A DNA stretch of 64,000 bases. It comes from Eledone cirrhosa (taxonomy: Eukaryota). The notes below the pieces were generated by a model. The model saw nothing but the letters and a program-made list of their open reading frames with translations, was not told where the DNA came from and searched no databases. Made by a program: the position numbers and the translations under genes. Location of the stretch: positions 323,950,001 to 324,014,000 of the forward strand of contig OZ024742.1 of NCBI GenBank assembly GCA_964016885.1. Direction: 5' to 3'. This document shows, piece after piece, positions 1 through 13,918 of this stretch (position 1 is its first letter; each line of letters begins with the position of its first letter).

Positions 1-629
1 GAAGTAAACAGCCACCATTATATATATATATATAGTTTATATTAAAGTTCATATGCGTAACATGTATGCATGACCTTAGGTTTCAAGGTCCAGTTATTGC
101 TACCACTGTATAGTGGAGTAGCCGTTCTAACGCTGACCTCTCTTGTCAGGCACAAGGACAAATTTAATAGATTGAGCATCTTTTATCAACAGATATCCTG
201 CACACACACACACACACACATATATATATAATTCAAGGAGACAACAAACAGAGTTATATATATATATATATGTGTGTGTGTGTTGAAAAAGAGAGGGAGT
301 TCCATACAAATCAAAGGTTAGAGTTAAAAAGTAAAAGTGAAAAAGCACAGAAGTATATTTAAAGATTATTTTTTCTTTAATTTGGCAGAATGGATAATTT
401 TATAATTGTTGTATTGAGTGGATTTACATTTTATCAAATACCAGTTTTGATTGATATATCCATCTTATCAAATATTAAATAATAATTATTAGAAACATTT
501 TTTTCATAAATTCTGTCAGCAGTTTGAATATATGTGAATTTTCTGTCAAAATTTCTTTTATATATGTTCTTTATGTGGTGGTGAAGGTGGAAGTGGAGTT
601 CAACACGCCAGAATTCAATTGAATTTCCT

Positions 630-950
630 CATCATCATTTTACGTCCACTTTTCCCTGCTTGCAAGGGTGGGACGGGAACTGATTCTGGCTTGATTTCTA
701 CAGCTGGATGCCCTCCCTAACACCAGCCTCATTTACAGTGAGTGCTGGGTGGTTTTTGCCGTGGCACCTATACGACCACTTTGCAGTGGAATGATAGGGA
801 CCCCAGTCTCATTTCTACAGCTGAGTAAACTGGAGCAATGTGAAATAAAGTGTCTTGCTCAAGGAAACAACACATCACCCCGTCTGAGAATTGAACTCAC
901 AACCTTTCGATTGCAAGGCCAATGCTCTAACCACTAAGCCATGTGCCTCC
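630..950 (-). mobile_element. tRNA-derived SINE family A (CORE/V-like gtgtccttgagcaagacact box, (GAT)n tail)
   Basis: Near-identical to copies at 8677-9003, 58349-58657 and 63500-63829. A- and B-box-like head on the minus strand. Confidence 0.9.
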
Positions 951-1545
951 ATATTTACTTGATTAAAATAGAATTTTTTTTACTATTCATAATAATGGTC
1001 CAGATGGTATTTTTTATGGTTTTTTTTTGTGTGTATTTAGGTGGAGTTCCATTGTGTCAAAAGGTAATGTACACACCCACTATACATATATATATGTATG
1101 TATGTCTTAACGTTAATTCATACATAGAAATTCTGTCCTATTTGATCACCATCGTAATGCTAGATATATACAATTATGTGTGTGTGCGGGTGTGTGTGTG
1201 TATTTGAATGAAACAGTTCTAGTCCTGTAAAAGACATTTGTTATATATAATCTATACTCATGCATAAAATATAGACAAAATTATGACAATGCAAGTAAAG
1301 TTCTATAAAATATGAAATAGGCATTCAACTGCAAATGTGCAACTGTAAAATTTAAAAAATGCATGCATGCAAACACACAATGTTGATATATACTAATACA
1401 CTAAGCACCACACACACTAAAAAAACAAAAACTCAAAAACTTCCCCTTCCCAACTCAGAATAGAAATGTTAAAAATCCAATGTGGATTTTTAACTGATTT
1501 TTTCATCTTAGAGAAAGAAAACTAAAGCCTAATGGCAAATCTTAC

Positions 1546-1635
1546 CTTATCTCGTGTAGGTTTGATAACAGATTCATTGACAGTTAAACCAAGTTCCTTG
1601 GTTCGTTTGGCTGCAGTGCTAGCAACTTTAGTGGC
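1546..1635 (-). CDS. ARFGAP1: Internal coding exon of ADP-ribosylation factor GTPase-activating protein 1 (region between the ALPS motifs), peptide ATKVASTAAKRTKELGLTVNESVIKPTRDK
   Basis: 90 bp, phase 0/0, acceptor ttctgttttgtag and donor gtaag on the minus strand. The peptide aligns by eye to human ArfGAP1 ATKFGSQASQKASELGHSLNENVLKPAQEK (recalled). Confidence 0.88.
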
Positions 1636-2582
1636 CTACAAAACAGAATTACATATGCTTTTAGAATAGACAAATATATTTATCCACTTTGATACTAATC
1701 CACTAAAAATACCTCTGGTTCTATTAAACAAAATTACCCATCTAAACCCACTTGTTACAATATTACTAATGAAAGAAAAACTGTTTATAATTTTCAAATA
1801 AATTCGAGAATACTGAAGAATTAAGAGGGATATTCTCATTATTAAGCTGGTGTTTGGAACATAAAGGTTCTTACATAAAATTATGGAGGGTATTTAGATA
1901 AATAAAAACACTTTGAAATAAATAGTTTTGTATTGTAGAATTAGGAGCAATTTCATGTAAGTTAATGTCAAAAGTGTTTGTTATATTTCTAATGAAATAT
2001 ACTGCCAATATGTTTGAATAAATTTTTAAAATAATAAAACAAAAACTGGAGGAATTTAATAAAATGACTAACTTTTTCATTAGTAAGCTGATGCTTGGAA
2101 GATTACTTAAAATTTCTTAACACTTTAGCATTTACATTACTCTATATTTACTGTTATATTTTCACAGTAAACACTTTATCTCAATTATCTCATAATATCA
2201 AATCTACCAAGATTTTGATATTATTTATTTTGAGAACAATACCTTAACACAAGTATGAGCAGCCAGTTATGGCTGGTATGAACAGAGGGTTAAGGTTTTA
2301 ATACAAATATGAATATTTTAAAATTTGCAGTTTTCTATCATAAAACCATTGCCAGTTTCAGGTGGTTTGGTTTTAAAGGGTTAGATTAAAAAGAATTTAA
2401 ATATAAGAGCCTTTTTGATGACTTAGCAGAAATATTAAAATAGGTTTGTTAATTCAAATGTTTATAGACAGATGATTGTAAAATTTGTACTAAACTAAAA
2501 TAAAGACAATTTTTGATATGATAGTGTTATATTTTTCAAGAATCTGGTTTTATATAGTACAGGATGATAAGAGTTAGGTTAT

Positions 2583-2761
2583 ACAGGTAAAATTCCATTA
2601 TAATGAATACCATTATAACAAATTTTTCAGTTTAACAATTTTTTTTTCAATCCCCGGCCACAGGCTCGATGTGTTTCAGTCAATCTTGTTATAAAGAATT
2701 TTTCGTTCAAACAATTTTATTTTATACTCCATGAATTTTGTTATAACAGAATTTCGCTGTA
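2583..2761. mobile_element. TA-flanked Tc1/pogo-type MITE (copies at about 39378-39546 and 41193-41361, the latter inverted)
   Basis: ta-CAGGTAAAATTCCATTATAA ... TTATAACAGAATTTCGCTG-ta, three homologous copies. Confidence 0.8.
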
Positions 2762-3861
2762 TTACAAATACCATCTTTATAATGAAATAATTAATAATTT
2801 TAGTAAATCCCACCGGATTCTTCAACTATTACAAATATCGTGTATTTAATTAAAATATGGTTACAAAAGGATTAATACTCAGAGTAAAATGTGTTTTATG
2901 GGTTATATTTGTAAATATTTTTATAATTCGAATACAAGCTGACTCGCCCCCTTTTATATCTGAGAAATGGGCAAAAATTCAGACCCCATTTATAAGTCAA
3001 GGCAGCTAATCAACACATTATGGCACGGTTTCGAAATACTTATAAATGGAGAAAATATTTATGAAGTTTTAATATTTAAAATGTTTTAAGTGTCATTTCG
3101 AATAAAAAAATCATGAGAAAATTCTAAATTAATAGAAAATAAATAAATGGAGTTATAATTTAGTTTTAAGGTTTTATTTTAAAAAAAAAAACAGAAAGAT
3201 TTTCTTTAGCCATTATGGAGATCATTAAAAACACTAGGGGGAGATTGAAATGAATAATGAATAGTTGAAAGAGATCAACTAAGAGAAGACTGTATAAGGA
3301 TTCAGAGTAGAAGTGGGAGGAAGAGACAGGAAGCTAGAGCAAGAAAAAGAGAGGGCGAAAGTGAGAGAAGGGAGAGAGAGCGAGTGAAATAATATAAAAC
3401 AAGACTGAAAGAAAAAGTATACTTAAGTCACAGAGAAAAACAGTCAGTGCATGTGTGCATGCTCGTATGCATGTATGCATATGGGTTATTTATGTGTTTG
3501 AAAGTTCAAATAATATAAATTTGTTTGGAATGTCCTCAAGGCAATGCGAAAATAAAACTCAAGACGATCTAGAAAAACTGTGTTTCATTGTGAAATAATC
3601 ATTCCAGTATTTTATGTAGAATTTGAAGTTGGTGAAAATTGTCAAAATATTGACCCCGAATGTAAGCTGACCCCTATTTTACCATCAACTTTTTTGTCAC
3701 CTATTCTTGGGCATATAGTCAAGTAACTAATGTGGCATGAAACATTTTATATATGAAAAATAATGTGTTGCAAATGTGAAAAGTATGAAAGGTTTTACTT
3801 CAACTGTCAGTCATCTTGGGTTAATGAAAATACAAAATGTGTTAATAATAATAATAATGTT

Positions 3862-4300
3862 CATCATCATTGTTTTATGTTTGTTTTTCCATGCTTGCAT
3901 GGGTTAGATGGGTGTTTCCCAGCACACACTGTGCTCCTTCATCATCTCCTTCCACTGTCATTTCTTAGCATTTCTTCACTCAACGAATTTCATTCATACG
4001 CATCACATGTCCATACCAGCTCAGTCTTCTCTCCTGCACACTACATCTAATTTCTCTTATATCCAGCCGATCTCTCAGTTTAACCATGCTTTATCATTCA
4101 ATCATATCAACACTGCACATCTATTGAAGCATACTTGCTTTATTTCTCTCCATAATTCGTATATCCACTGCACATGTCTCTCTACTATGCAACCTCATAT
4201 ATCGCACACAGGCATCATACAGCTAGTCATTTCTTGTCAACAGAGGTATTAGCTCAATTAACTTTTTTCATCCTGTTCTTATTCTAGCAACTTTCTCCAT
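3862..4300 (-). mobile_element. RTE LINE 3' fragment
   Basis: Minus-strand translation KLRDRLDIREIRCSVQERRLSWYGHVMRMNE, with a (GAT)n tail. Confidence 0.8.
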
Positions 4301-4671
4301 TGCTAACCTATAGATCACCTACAATAATTGGTGGCGAATTGGCAGAATTATTAGAATGTCAGATAGAATGCTTTGCAGTATTCGTTCTGACTCTCTGCTA
4401 TCTGAGTTGAAATCCTGCTGGTCAACTTTGTCTTTCATCCATTTAAGGTCAATAAAAAAGTACCAGTCTAGTATTGGGGTCTATTTTTCCTCTATATATC
4501 TCTTCCTCAATTCCTATCACTCTCAATCCTTCTCAGGAAGTAATCTGCTGTATTCAGATATGGAGAGGAGATGGGCTCTGCCAGGTTTAAAGAATACCCT
4601 AGAAACGCTGTATGTCAATATGGCACCCCTATCACTGCCTAAGGAGTTACGAGTCCATACCATACATAATA

Positions 4672-5745
4672 ATAATAATTGTGAATTTAGGCACTAGACC
4701 AAGAATTTTGGTGGGAAGCGAAAGCTGATTAAATTAACCCCAGTACTTAACTGGTACTTTATTTATCAACTCTGCAAAAATAAAAAGGCAAAGATAACCC
4801 TGCTAGGATTTGAACTCAATATGTAAAAAGACATTAAATCTTGGAAAGTATTTATTCCAATGCCCTAACGATTCTGCCAATCTAATATAATAATTGTTTC
4901 TACTTTTGGCACAAGGCCAGCAATTACCTAGTGTAAGCAATTACCCAGTGTATTACTGGTACTTTATTTTATCGACCCCGTAAGGATGAAAGGCAACGTT
5001 AACCTCGGCGGGATTTGAACTCAGAATGGCAAGGGCTGTAACTCAATGCGCCAAAACCCTCTACCGATACTGCCAATAATAATGATTTCTTACTTTAGGG
5101 ACAAGGCCAGCAATTTTAGGGGAAGGGAAAGTCGATTAAATCGACCCCCCAGTGCATTACTGGTGCTTTATTTTATCGACCTTGTAAGGATGAAAGGCAA
5201 AGCTAACCTTGGGATTTGAACTCAGATTGTAAAGGGCCGTAATTCTATGCCACAAAGCATGTTGTCCGATGCTCTACTGATACTGCCAATCCACTGCCCT
5301 CATAACAGTTTCTGATTTAGGCACAAGGCCGACAATGTTTTGGGAAAGGGAAAGTTGATTAAATCAATCCCAGTGAATTACTGGTACTTTATTTTATCAA
5401 CCATGTAAGGATGAAAGCAAAAGGTAATCTTGGCAGGATTTGAACTCGGAGCACAAAGGGCCGTAACTATATGCAGCAAAACATATTGTCTGTGGCTCTA
5501 CTGATACTGCCAATCCACAGTCCCAATTATTATTAATAATAAATATAATGGTTTCTAATTTAGGCACCAGATCAGCAATTTTGCAGGGAGGGATATCTCA
5601 ATGACAGTAGCCTCAGTGCTTGACTGGTCTTTATTTTGCCAACTTTGGTAGGATGATAGGTAAAGTTGACATTGGTAGGATTTGAACTCAGAATATTAAG
5701 AACCAGAACAAATACTGCAAAGCATTTTGTTTGCTACTTTGATAG
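4672..5745 (-). mobile_element. Head-to-tail array of about six SINE family B copies (gcctttcatccttacggggtcgataaaataaagtaccag core, (AAT)n tail)
   Basis: Repeated ctggtactttattttatcgacc...ggatgaaaggcaaag...ggatttgaactcag units. Confidence 0.88.
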
Positions 5746-6061
5746 ATTGTTGAGAATACTAAGAAGAAAAACAAAGCATCTGATATGTTGATTTTATATG
5801 TTACTATGTTCTTAGGAAGCATTATTATATGGTCTACTGAGTTGTTGGCTAATACTTTCTTCTCAAATATCTTCAGATCTTCATATACTGACAAAATCTA
5901 AAACAAATTAAAACAATAACAAAAACTTGTGTTACACTATTCTATGACAGTTGAAGAAAAAGATGAAGAGCAATATTAGCATATATTATTGGCAGGAATT
6001 TGGCAGATATGAATCTAACGACACAGTTTTGGCTGACTTGGCAGTACAAGTAATGATAATA

Positions 6062-6475
6062 ATAATAATAATGATTTCTAATTAAAGCACAAGACAAGTA
6101 ATAAGTAATTTTAGGGGCGGGGGAGGTAAAGCGGATTAAATCACTTCCAGTGCTTGACTGGTACTTTATTTCATTGACCCTGGAAGGATGAAAGACAAAG
6201 TTGACCTCAGTGGGATTTGAACTCAGAACATATAGAGCCATAACCAGATACTGCAAAAGTATTCTATCTAATGTTCTACTGATACTGCTATCACACTGCC
6301 TAAACAACATCAGTAATACTAATGATTTCTAGTCTAGGCCCAATTTTGTTGATCCTGGAAGGATGCAATGCAAAGGTGACCTGGGCAGGATTTGAACTCA
6401 GAATGTAAAGTGCAGGAACAAATGCCACAAAGCATGTTACCCAAAGCTCTACTGATTCTGCCAAAAGCTCGCCCT
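6062..6475 (-). mobile_element. SINE family B copies (others at about 10460-10800, 12560-12920, 13335-13575, 32900-33080, 34110-34385, 45620-45750 on minus; 4331-4480, 11990-12185, 21270-21452, 62318-62502 on plus)
   Basis: Shared core and tRNA-like head. Confidence 0.85.
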
Positions 6476-6765
6476 AGTAATGTACTACTACTGGTGTAAG
6501 ACATTGGGGTTAGTAGAAGGCAAAATACATGGGAAATGAACACACAAGACACTGGTGGAGATTTACGTTGAATAAAGGTTGGGTAGCGATAACAAACAGG
6601 TAATAATATATAATTGAAACAATAGAGAACAGGGTGGAATACAGGAGAAAGGAACCCCCTAACTATTTGGAAAAATCAGTGTGGTTAGGAGCAACCAAAG
6701 CACAACTACAGATTACTCTGGTATGCCAAAGCTGAACATGTGACTGTTCATACTTTCTAGTGATT

Positions 6766-6768
<3 letters not shown>

Positions 6769-6812
<44 letters not shown>

Positions 6813-6962
6813 GAGAGAGAGAAGGGAGAGAGAGAAGGGAGAGAGAAGGGAGAGAGAGAGAGAAGGGAGGGAGAGAGAGAGAGAGAGAGAAGGGAGAGAG
6901 GGAGAGAAATAGAGAGAAAGAAAGAGAAGGGGAGAGAGAAAGAGAGAGTGGGGGGGGGGGGG
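6769..6962. repeat. (GA)n/purine-rich tract ending in poly-G (other GA tracts at 7551-7650 and 45537-45620)
   Basis: Directly visible. Confidence 0.95.
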
Positions 6963-7352
6963 ATGTATAACATTTTGTTGTGCTAAAGTGTTAAAGAGGG
7001 ATTCAACTAACGTTTCACTATATTTGTAACCATTATGAAAGTGATGGGATAGTTATCTCATGATTGATAATTATTAGCGTTATTTTCAGTTGGATGAACA
7101 TTGGAGAGAGGATGGATTTCACATACAATACAGCAAGTGTGTGTTATTGAGCTTTAGGTGTTAAAAGTGAGTAAAATAAACATTATTATGAATGAATTTC
7201 TCTAGAAATTGTTTCAGTGTGATAATTTAAATAGGTTTCGTTTATGGATGATGGTTAAGAGAGATGAATGTTGTACTGACTGCATGTTGGAACGAAATTG
7301 GTGATTACCTAAGAACATAAGAATGGCTGACTGAAGCAAACATGTATGCATC

Positions 7353-7389
<37 letters not shown>

Positions 7390-7548
7390 TGTATATATGA
7401 AGCGTTGTATGTATGTATACATACATTAATAAATCACTTCATAGTTGAATGGATTGTATTAGAAAGTGCATCTGAGAAAGATGCACTCATGCTTCCTGCT
7501 TGACTATTTATAACTCACAAAATCAATTCCTTGGTTAATCCTACTGAC

Positions 7549-7599
<51 letters not shown>

Positions 7600-8676
7600 A
7601 AGAGAGAGAGAGAAAGAGAGAGAGAGAGAGTGAGAGAGAGAGTAAGAGATATGGGGGTGGGGAGAGAATGAGAATTATAGTACTAATGCCTTTCGTTTTA
7701 CAAGGCCTCCATGGCTTGGAACTCGGTTGGCTTCAATAATGAATGTTCCAGTTGTTTCCAACTGAACAGCCTGCTCTTTAAATTAACATAAGTGGCTGAG
7801 TATTCCACAGATATGTGTGCTCTTAACATAATTCTCAGGGTGATTCTTCATGACACAATGTGTAACAAGGCTTTAAATTACAGCTAGAGTCTATCAGATC
7901 GGCTTCCAAACAATTTCCACCTATCCAGTTTCACTCACAAGGTTTAAGTTGATGACACTAGCCCAATATGTCCCACTATGGGATGGAACCCAGGAGCTTA
8001 GGATTGCGAAATAAACTTTTTAATCATTTTGCTATGCTATGTCCATTAGTGGAAGAAAGGGAGGAAGAAGACAACTCACAATTCATGGCTTGCTATAGTA
8101 AGTAGCAGTGGAGTCATGTTACTAATTCCTAAATCTTCAAGATATGTTTGCAATAAGACTTGGCAAGCCAGAGTAAGAAATTCTGCTCAAACACTTTTTT
8201 CAATTGGCAACCTATGAGCTTGTGGTCTGCTTGAGTTGAACAGGACTTTGACTGTTCCCTACACCTAAGAAAAGAATAACATCACAACACTACTGTTAAT
8301 AGTTTTAAAGAAAAAGGAAGAAGTGGTTAGCATTCAATTAGGAACTTCTTCATTAATTTACATTTACTTTCCAAGCTAGCATAGGTTCAACAGACCATCA
8401 TGGTTTCAGACTAGACATACATCCCTAATGTCAACCATTTTAAAGATTTGACTGGGTGCATTTTGTTGTGGCACCATCACTAGAGAGGTGGTTATGTCCT
8501 CAACAGAACTTTAAAAAAATAACATTTCTAATGACAATTATTGTTAGCCAGCCACCAGTTATGTGTTTAATTGTACAGAGTTGTCAGATGTCAAATACAT
8601 ATCACAGCCAAATATTTGTAGAAATTGATAAAATTTAATTTAAATTTGCAACACACCTAGAGACTATTGGTTTCAT

Positions 8677-9003
8677 ACTCGGTTTGCAATCGAAAGGTTG
8701 TTAGTTCAATTCTCAGACTGGGTGATGTGTTGTGTCCTTGAGCAAGACACTTTATTTCACATTGCTCCAGTTTACTCAGCTGTAGAAATGAGATGATAGG
8801 GACTGGGGTCCCTATCATTCCACTGCAAAATGTCGTGGAGGTGCCACGGCAAAAAAGCACCCAGCACTCACTGTAAATGTGGTTGGTGTTAGGAAGGGCA
8901 TCCAGTTGTAGAAATCAAGCCAGAATCAGTTCCCGTCCCACCCTTGCAAGCAGGGAAAAGTGGATGTAAAATGATTATGATGATGATGATGATGATGATG
9001 ATA
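8677..9003 (+). mobile_element. SINE family A copy
   Basis: Reverse complement of 630-950, ending in (GAT)n. Confidence 0.9.
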
Positions 9004-9744
9004 CTCATGTTCTTTGGCAGTTTTTCTATGGCTGGATGCCCTTCTGTATCACCAATAACTTTGCAAAATGTACTGGGTGCATTTATTGTACAGATCACCA
9101 ACACTAGGACAAGTGTCATATCTATGCCACAGTTGAAGAGTCCCCTTGACACTTTGTTTGGCAAGGTTTCTATGACTGGATACCTTTGTAATATGTAAGA
9201 TTCCAAAGCAATGAACTCATCATCATGCATCAAACATTCAATTTAGCATCCCTGGTTTAATAAAGCACTTAATAATAGAATCTTTATATAAAATTCTACA
9301 GTGATCAATTAAGAGCAGGGAATGTGGTTCCTGATAGGACTAATTTTTGAAACTCTTGTCTGGCTGATCCCTCTTATTCTATTCACAGTGAAATTGTATA
9401 AACTGAGAGTTGTTTACAACTGTTCAATGTATCTAATTAGTTTAAAAAAATGATTTCTCTGGGTGACATCTTGGATGGGAAAGAACCTTTATCATAGACA
9501 TAGGTCAACTCAAGCCTTGTGAATAAAATTGGATAGAAGTGTAATGTCACTTAGTAGTTAAAAAAAAAAGAGATTGATAAAATAAGTATGATACATGAAA
9601 TAAATAATTAGAAGATGGTGATGTAATTGATTAAATGTCTTGAAGTGCCTCAGAATGGCTGCAGACTAACAACTGAAATCAGTAAAAGAATAAAAGAATA
9701 CTAGCATCATGAAACAATATTGAAATCAGAAAAATAGATTATTA

Positions 9745-10457
9745 AAGATGTTATGTATATTCCATTCTACTACATGGAACTGAAACATGGATATTTAACA
9801 AAAGTATTATCAAATAGATTAGAAATCTTTGAGATGCGGACATAGAGATGTCTTTTGGGAATATTATGAAGAGAACACAAAACCAATGATGAAGTATTAA
9901 GAAAATTTCACTAGAAAACATCAAAGAAAAAAAACTAAAATATTTTAGATATCTAATTAGAGAAAACGATTTAGAGAGACTAAGAGCAACAAGTATTTTT
10001 AGGGTCATTTTCCCTGTTAAAGCAAGGTTAGCCATGCAGGGAACCCATGAAAAGCTTCTCTACATTGCCCTATCCTCTGTAGTCCCTCGCCAACTCACTG
10101 GCTTTCATTATCCCCAGTCATGTCATTCTTGGTTTAAGCCATTCACCTACTTCCTTCCACAATCATTTCCTTCACTTCTCTTACCCAGTCCCTTTCATCT
10201 TTTCCCAACACATGACCCATCTCATTCAATTTCTCTTTGCAACATTCACCACATGCTCTATTCTCATCATACCTCTGCATGAGAAGGTTTACAAAGACTA
10301 TTAACAAAATATAAAATGATTGGGAAAAGAAAGCTAAGAATTACATAATATCAAGAATTAGACAGGCTTAAATACAGTGAATGCATAATAATAGCACAAA
10401 AAAGACTGAGATGGCAATACATAGTATTCAATCTAATGAGGGTAGATGATACCTAAT
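9745..10457 (+). mobile_element. Degraded RTE LINE 3' fragment interrupted by an opposite-strand LINE tail (about 10003-10285)
   Basis: CYVYSILLHGTETW...RLEIFEM motif with stops. Confidence 0.7.
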
Positions 10458-11471
10458 ACTTATCTATTTTTTGGCACAAGCCAGCAATTTGATGGAAAAG
10501 GGAATCCGATTAAATAAACCCTAGTGTATTACTGGTACTTGGTTTTATTGCCTCTAGAAGGATGAAAAGCAAGACTAACCTTTGAAATCTGATTTAGGCA
10601 AAACGCCAAAAATTTGTGGAGAGGTAGGAAAGTTAATTACATTGACACTAGTACATGATTGGTACTTTATTTTATCAACCCTAAAAGGATGAAAGGCAAA
10701 GTTGACCACAGTGGGATTTGAACTCAGAACATAAGGAGCCAGAATAAATATTGTAATGACAATTTAGATTTAACACTCTACTAATTCTGCCAACCCACCA
10801 CCCTGATGATATCTAATAGTGATGTTATCATTCTAACCAGAACCATTTCCATGTAATATCAATGTACACAGATTCTTGACTGGATTCTATTGTGGACTAT
10901 GTAACTCACACAACACTATCTACAAATAAGTGCATCTATACCAAACTGCCGGAAACTACATATTGTTCTATGACTCAAAACTGTAACTGTTCATTTTAAA
11001 GGGTTTACATTTATTTAAAAACTTTCCATCATAATTCAATAAGGACCTATGCTAATTATCTTTCAAACAACAGCTTAATAAGTAAGTTATATAACTAAAT
11101 CTTTCTAAATTCTTGATTATTTTAAAAATTATTTGAAAATCTTTTATTAGAAATATGGTAATGGCAGGGTGAAGTTGATTGTAAATCAGACAACTTAAAC
11201 TACAAACAAGAGCAACTTTAAAACAGCCACCTTACAAATAACAAAGAAACTCCACAATTCTGCTAAATTATCAGAAATATTTGCCAGCAACAATATTGCA
11301 ATAAAAGAATTTACATGGAATCATAGAAAAAGACATAATTTATTATCACCATTATTTTTTTTATGTTTTTTTTGTTGCTATTTTTGCATAAATTTAGACA
11401 AGACTTTTTGAGGCAGGATTTTTATGGTTGGATGCCTTTCCGGATGGCAATGCATACCCGATTTTAAGTAT

Positions 11472-11515
<44 letters not shown>

Positions 11516-12199
11516 TTGATGATGTTTGTTGAACCATTATGCTGCAGGATGTATTGTTTATTAGTGGGGTGTGGAGTTGGAACATAAACAATGACACTAC
11601 TTGATTTTTTATAAACAGAGTCAACATGACATTTACAGCAACACAATAATTACAATTATGATTTCTGACACCGATACAAGAATCATAAATATGTAAAAGA
11701 AGAATACAGTTGATTAAGTAAACCCAAGAACATGTGTGGTGATTATTTTATTAACACCTTAAGTGATGTAAATGAATTTAAAAACATCAACAAAACCCAT
11801 AAAAAACAAAGCACTCAGAGTGAAAAGCTAGATACTGTCAGGCATATAGCCTAGTTATCCATCATTTCCGCTAACTAATCCCACCCTCTGTGAAGATGAT
11901 AAATTAAATCAAATAGATATGTGCACTAGAAACCTGTTAAGAAGGAATAGTGGGGGGTCAGATCCATTAAGTAGTGTTCTAAGGGCCTCTCAATCTGCAC
12001 CTTGTATTTGTTCTGGATCTGTTCACTCCGAGTTCAACTTTACCTTTTATCTTTTGTGGGGATTAATAAAATAAAGTATCAGCTCAGGGTGGTGGATTGG
12101 CACAATTATTAGAGCATCAGATAAGATGTTTGGCTGTTTTTGTTCTGGCTTCTTGCATTTTGAGTTCAAATTCTGCTGTGGCCTACTTCAGTGGTAGCT

Positions 12200-12410
12200 T
12201 TAACCCATTAGCATCCATCCAGAATTCTCTCACCTCATTCTGTGCAAACTGGCTGTAACCGGTCACTCATACCAACGTTAAGTTATCGTTCTCGAAATAA
12301 ATAATATCAAAATTTCATAGATTCGATATTATGTGAGATATTATGTGATAAAGCCTTTACCGCGAAAATACAATAGTCAATATAGAATAATGCAAATGTT
12401 AAAGGGTTAA
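12200..12410. mobile_element. TTAA-flanked piggyBac-type MITE (related copy at 2117-2293)
   Basis: ttaacccattagcat ... atgttaaagggttaa terminal inverted repeats. Confidence 0.75.
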
Positions 12411-12989
12411 TCTGTTATTCAGTATAACACCACTACCTGACACTTGGCTGATTTTAATATGGTTCATTGCTGCAAACATCTGAGTAGTAGCAACAACAAC
12501 AACAATAATAGCCAACAAGATGTGTTGTTTTGGGGTGGGAGGACAAAAACAATGTCACTTCTTGCTTTTTATAACAAGGACAGCAATTTCGATATAGGGG
12601 AAAAGTCAATCAAATTGTTCCCCAGTACTTGACTAGTACTTTATTTAATTGACATTGGAAGGATGAAAGTTGAAGTTGACTTTGGTGGGATTTGAACTCA
12701 GAATGTGAAGAGCTAAAACAAATGTTGCAAAGCTTTATAACAATTCCGCCATCTACCACATTTATAATGATGATGATGATAATAATTTTTTATAACATAG
12801 GCACACAGCCAGAAATTTGAAGGAAAGGGTTAGTCAATTAAATTGATTTGAACTCAGAATGTAAAGAGCTGGAACAAATACCTCAAAGCATATTCTCTGA
12901 AGCTCCAACGATTCTGAATAAAGAATTCTTTACATCATGCACAAGCTCACAAATTTGTAGCACAGATATGTAATTGACTGGATTGACTC

Positions 12990-13310
12990 AAAGAAAGCAG
13001 AAATAATAACATTGACAACAACAAAGAACTGTGTTGGATAATCAATGTTGCTTGCCTGTTTCATACAAGAGTGGTAGACAAACAACACAAGAGAATAGAA
13101 AAATACCAAGACCTAAAATTCGAAATGCAGAGAATCTGGAATTACTGTAAAATTGTTATCATCTCAACTGTAATAAGGATGCCTAAGGGACAGTGGTAAG
13201 AAGTTTAAATAATTCAATGAAGATATTGGATGTAGAGATGAAGTTCCTAGCTCTACAGAAAGTGTGTTTGCTCGACATAACATAAACCACCAAGTGTTAG
13301 ATAGCTAAAG
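12990..13310 (+). mobile_element. Restriction-like endonuclease domain fragment of an R4/Dong-type non-LTR retrotransposon
   Basis: NKELCWIINVACLFHTRVVDKQHKRIEKYQDLKFEMQRIW matches the IIDVAxPxDxR..KxEKYQDLKxE..RxW pattern. Confidence 0.75.
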
Positions 13311-13918
13311 CTGTGGGATGTAGCTTGCTAACTAGCAATCCAATACCTATCGACCACAGCGGAATTTGAACTCAGAAGGTAAAGCGCCATAAATCTATGC
13401 TGCAAAGCATGTTGTCTGATGCTCCACCGATACTGCCAATCTACCATCTTAATAATAATTGTTTCTACTTTTGGCACAAGGCCAGCAATTATCCCAGTGT
13501 ATTACTGGTACTTTATATTTTATCGACCCCGTAAGGATGAAAGGCAAAGTCAACCTCGGCGGGATTTGAACTCAGCAAAAAACATAATAATGACAATGAT
13601 AATGATGAGGAGGATAAATATGATGGTTCTTTTTTTCTCCTTTTTTTTTTGTAACAACAGCAACAAGATTATAAGATTTCAGACTATTAGCCTCATCATT
13701 GGAGATGAGAAATGTTTCAAACTATTTACATCAACACTATGTTTCAATTGGTTTCATCTCTGATTGCCATGACAAGATCAAAGTGAGTGAAACACAGTGT
13801 AGATGTAAATGTTTTAAAATGTTTCATCTCTAAACATGAGGTTAATTTTACAAATATATATATATATATTTGTAAAATTAACCTCACCAATAAGGTATGG
13901 TTTCTTGGGTATGTCACC

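Noticed and set aside
127-197. Possible next ArfGAP1 exon (YLLIKDAQSIKFVLVPDKR)
   Set aside because: Phase 0 gives an immediate stop, and the peptide does not resemble the expected VKEG segment.
5805-5897. 93-bp phase-0 exon candidate ILSVYEDLKIFEKK...
   Set aside because: Good acceptor but weak donor and no ArfGAP1 similarity. T-rich minus-strand DNA produces many chance acceptors.
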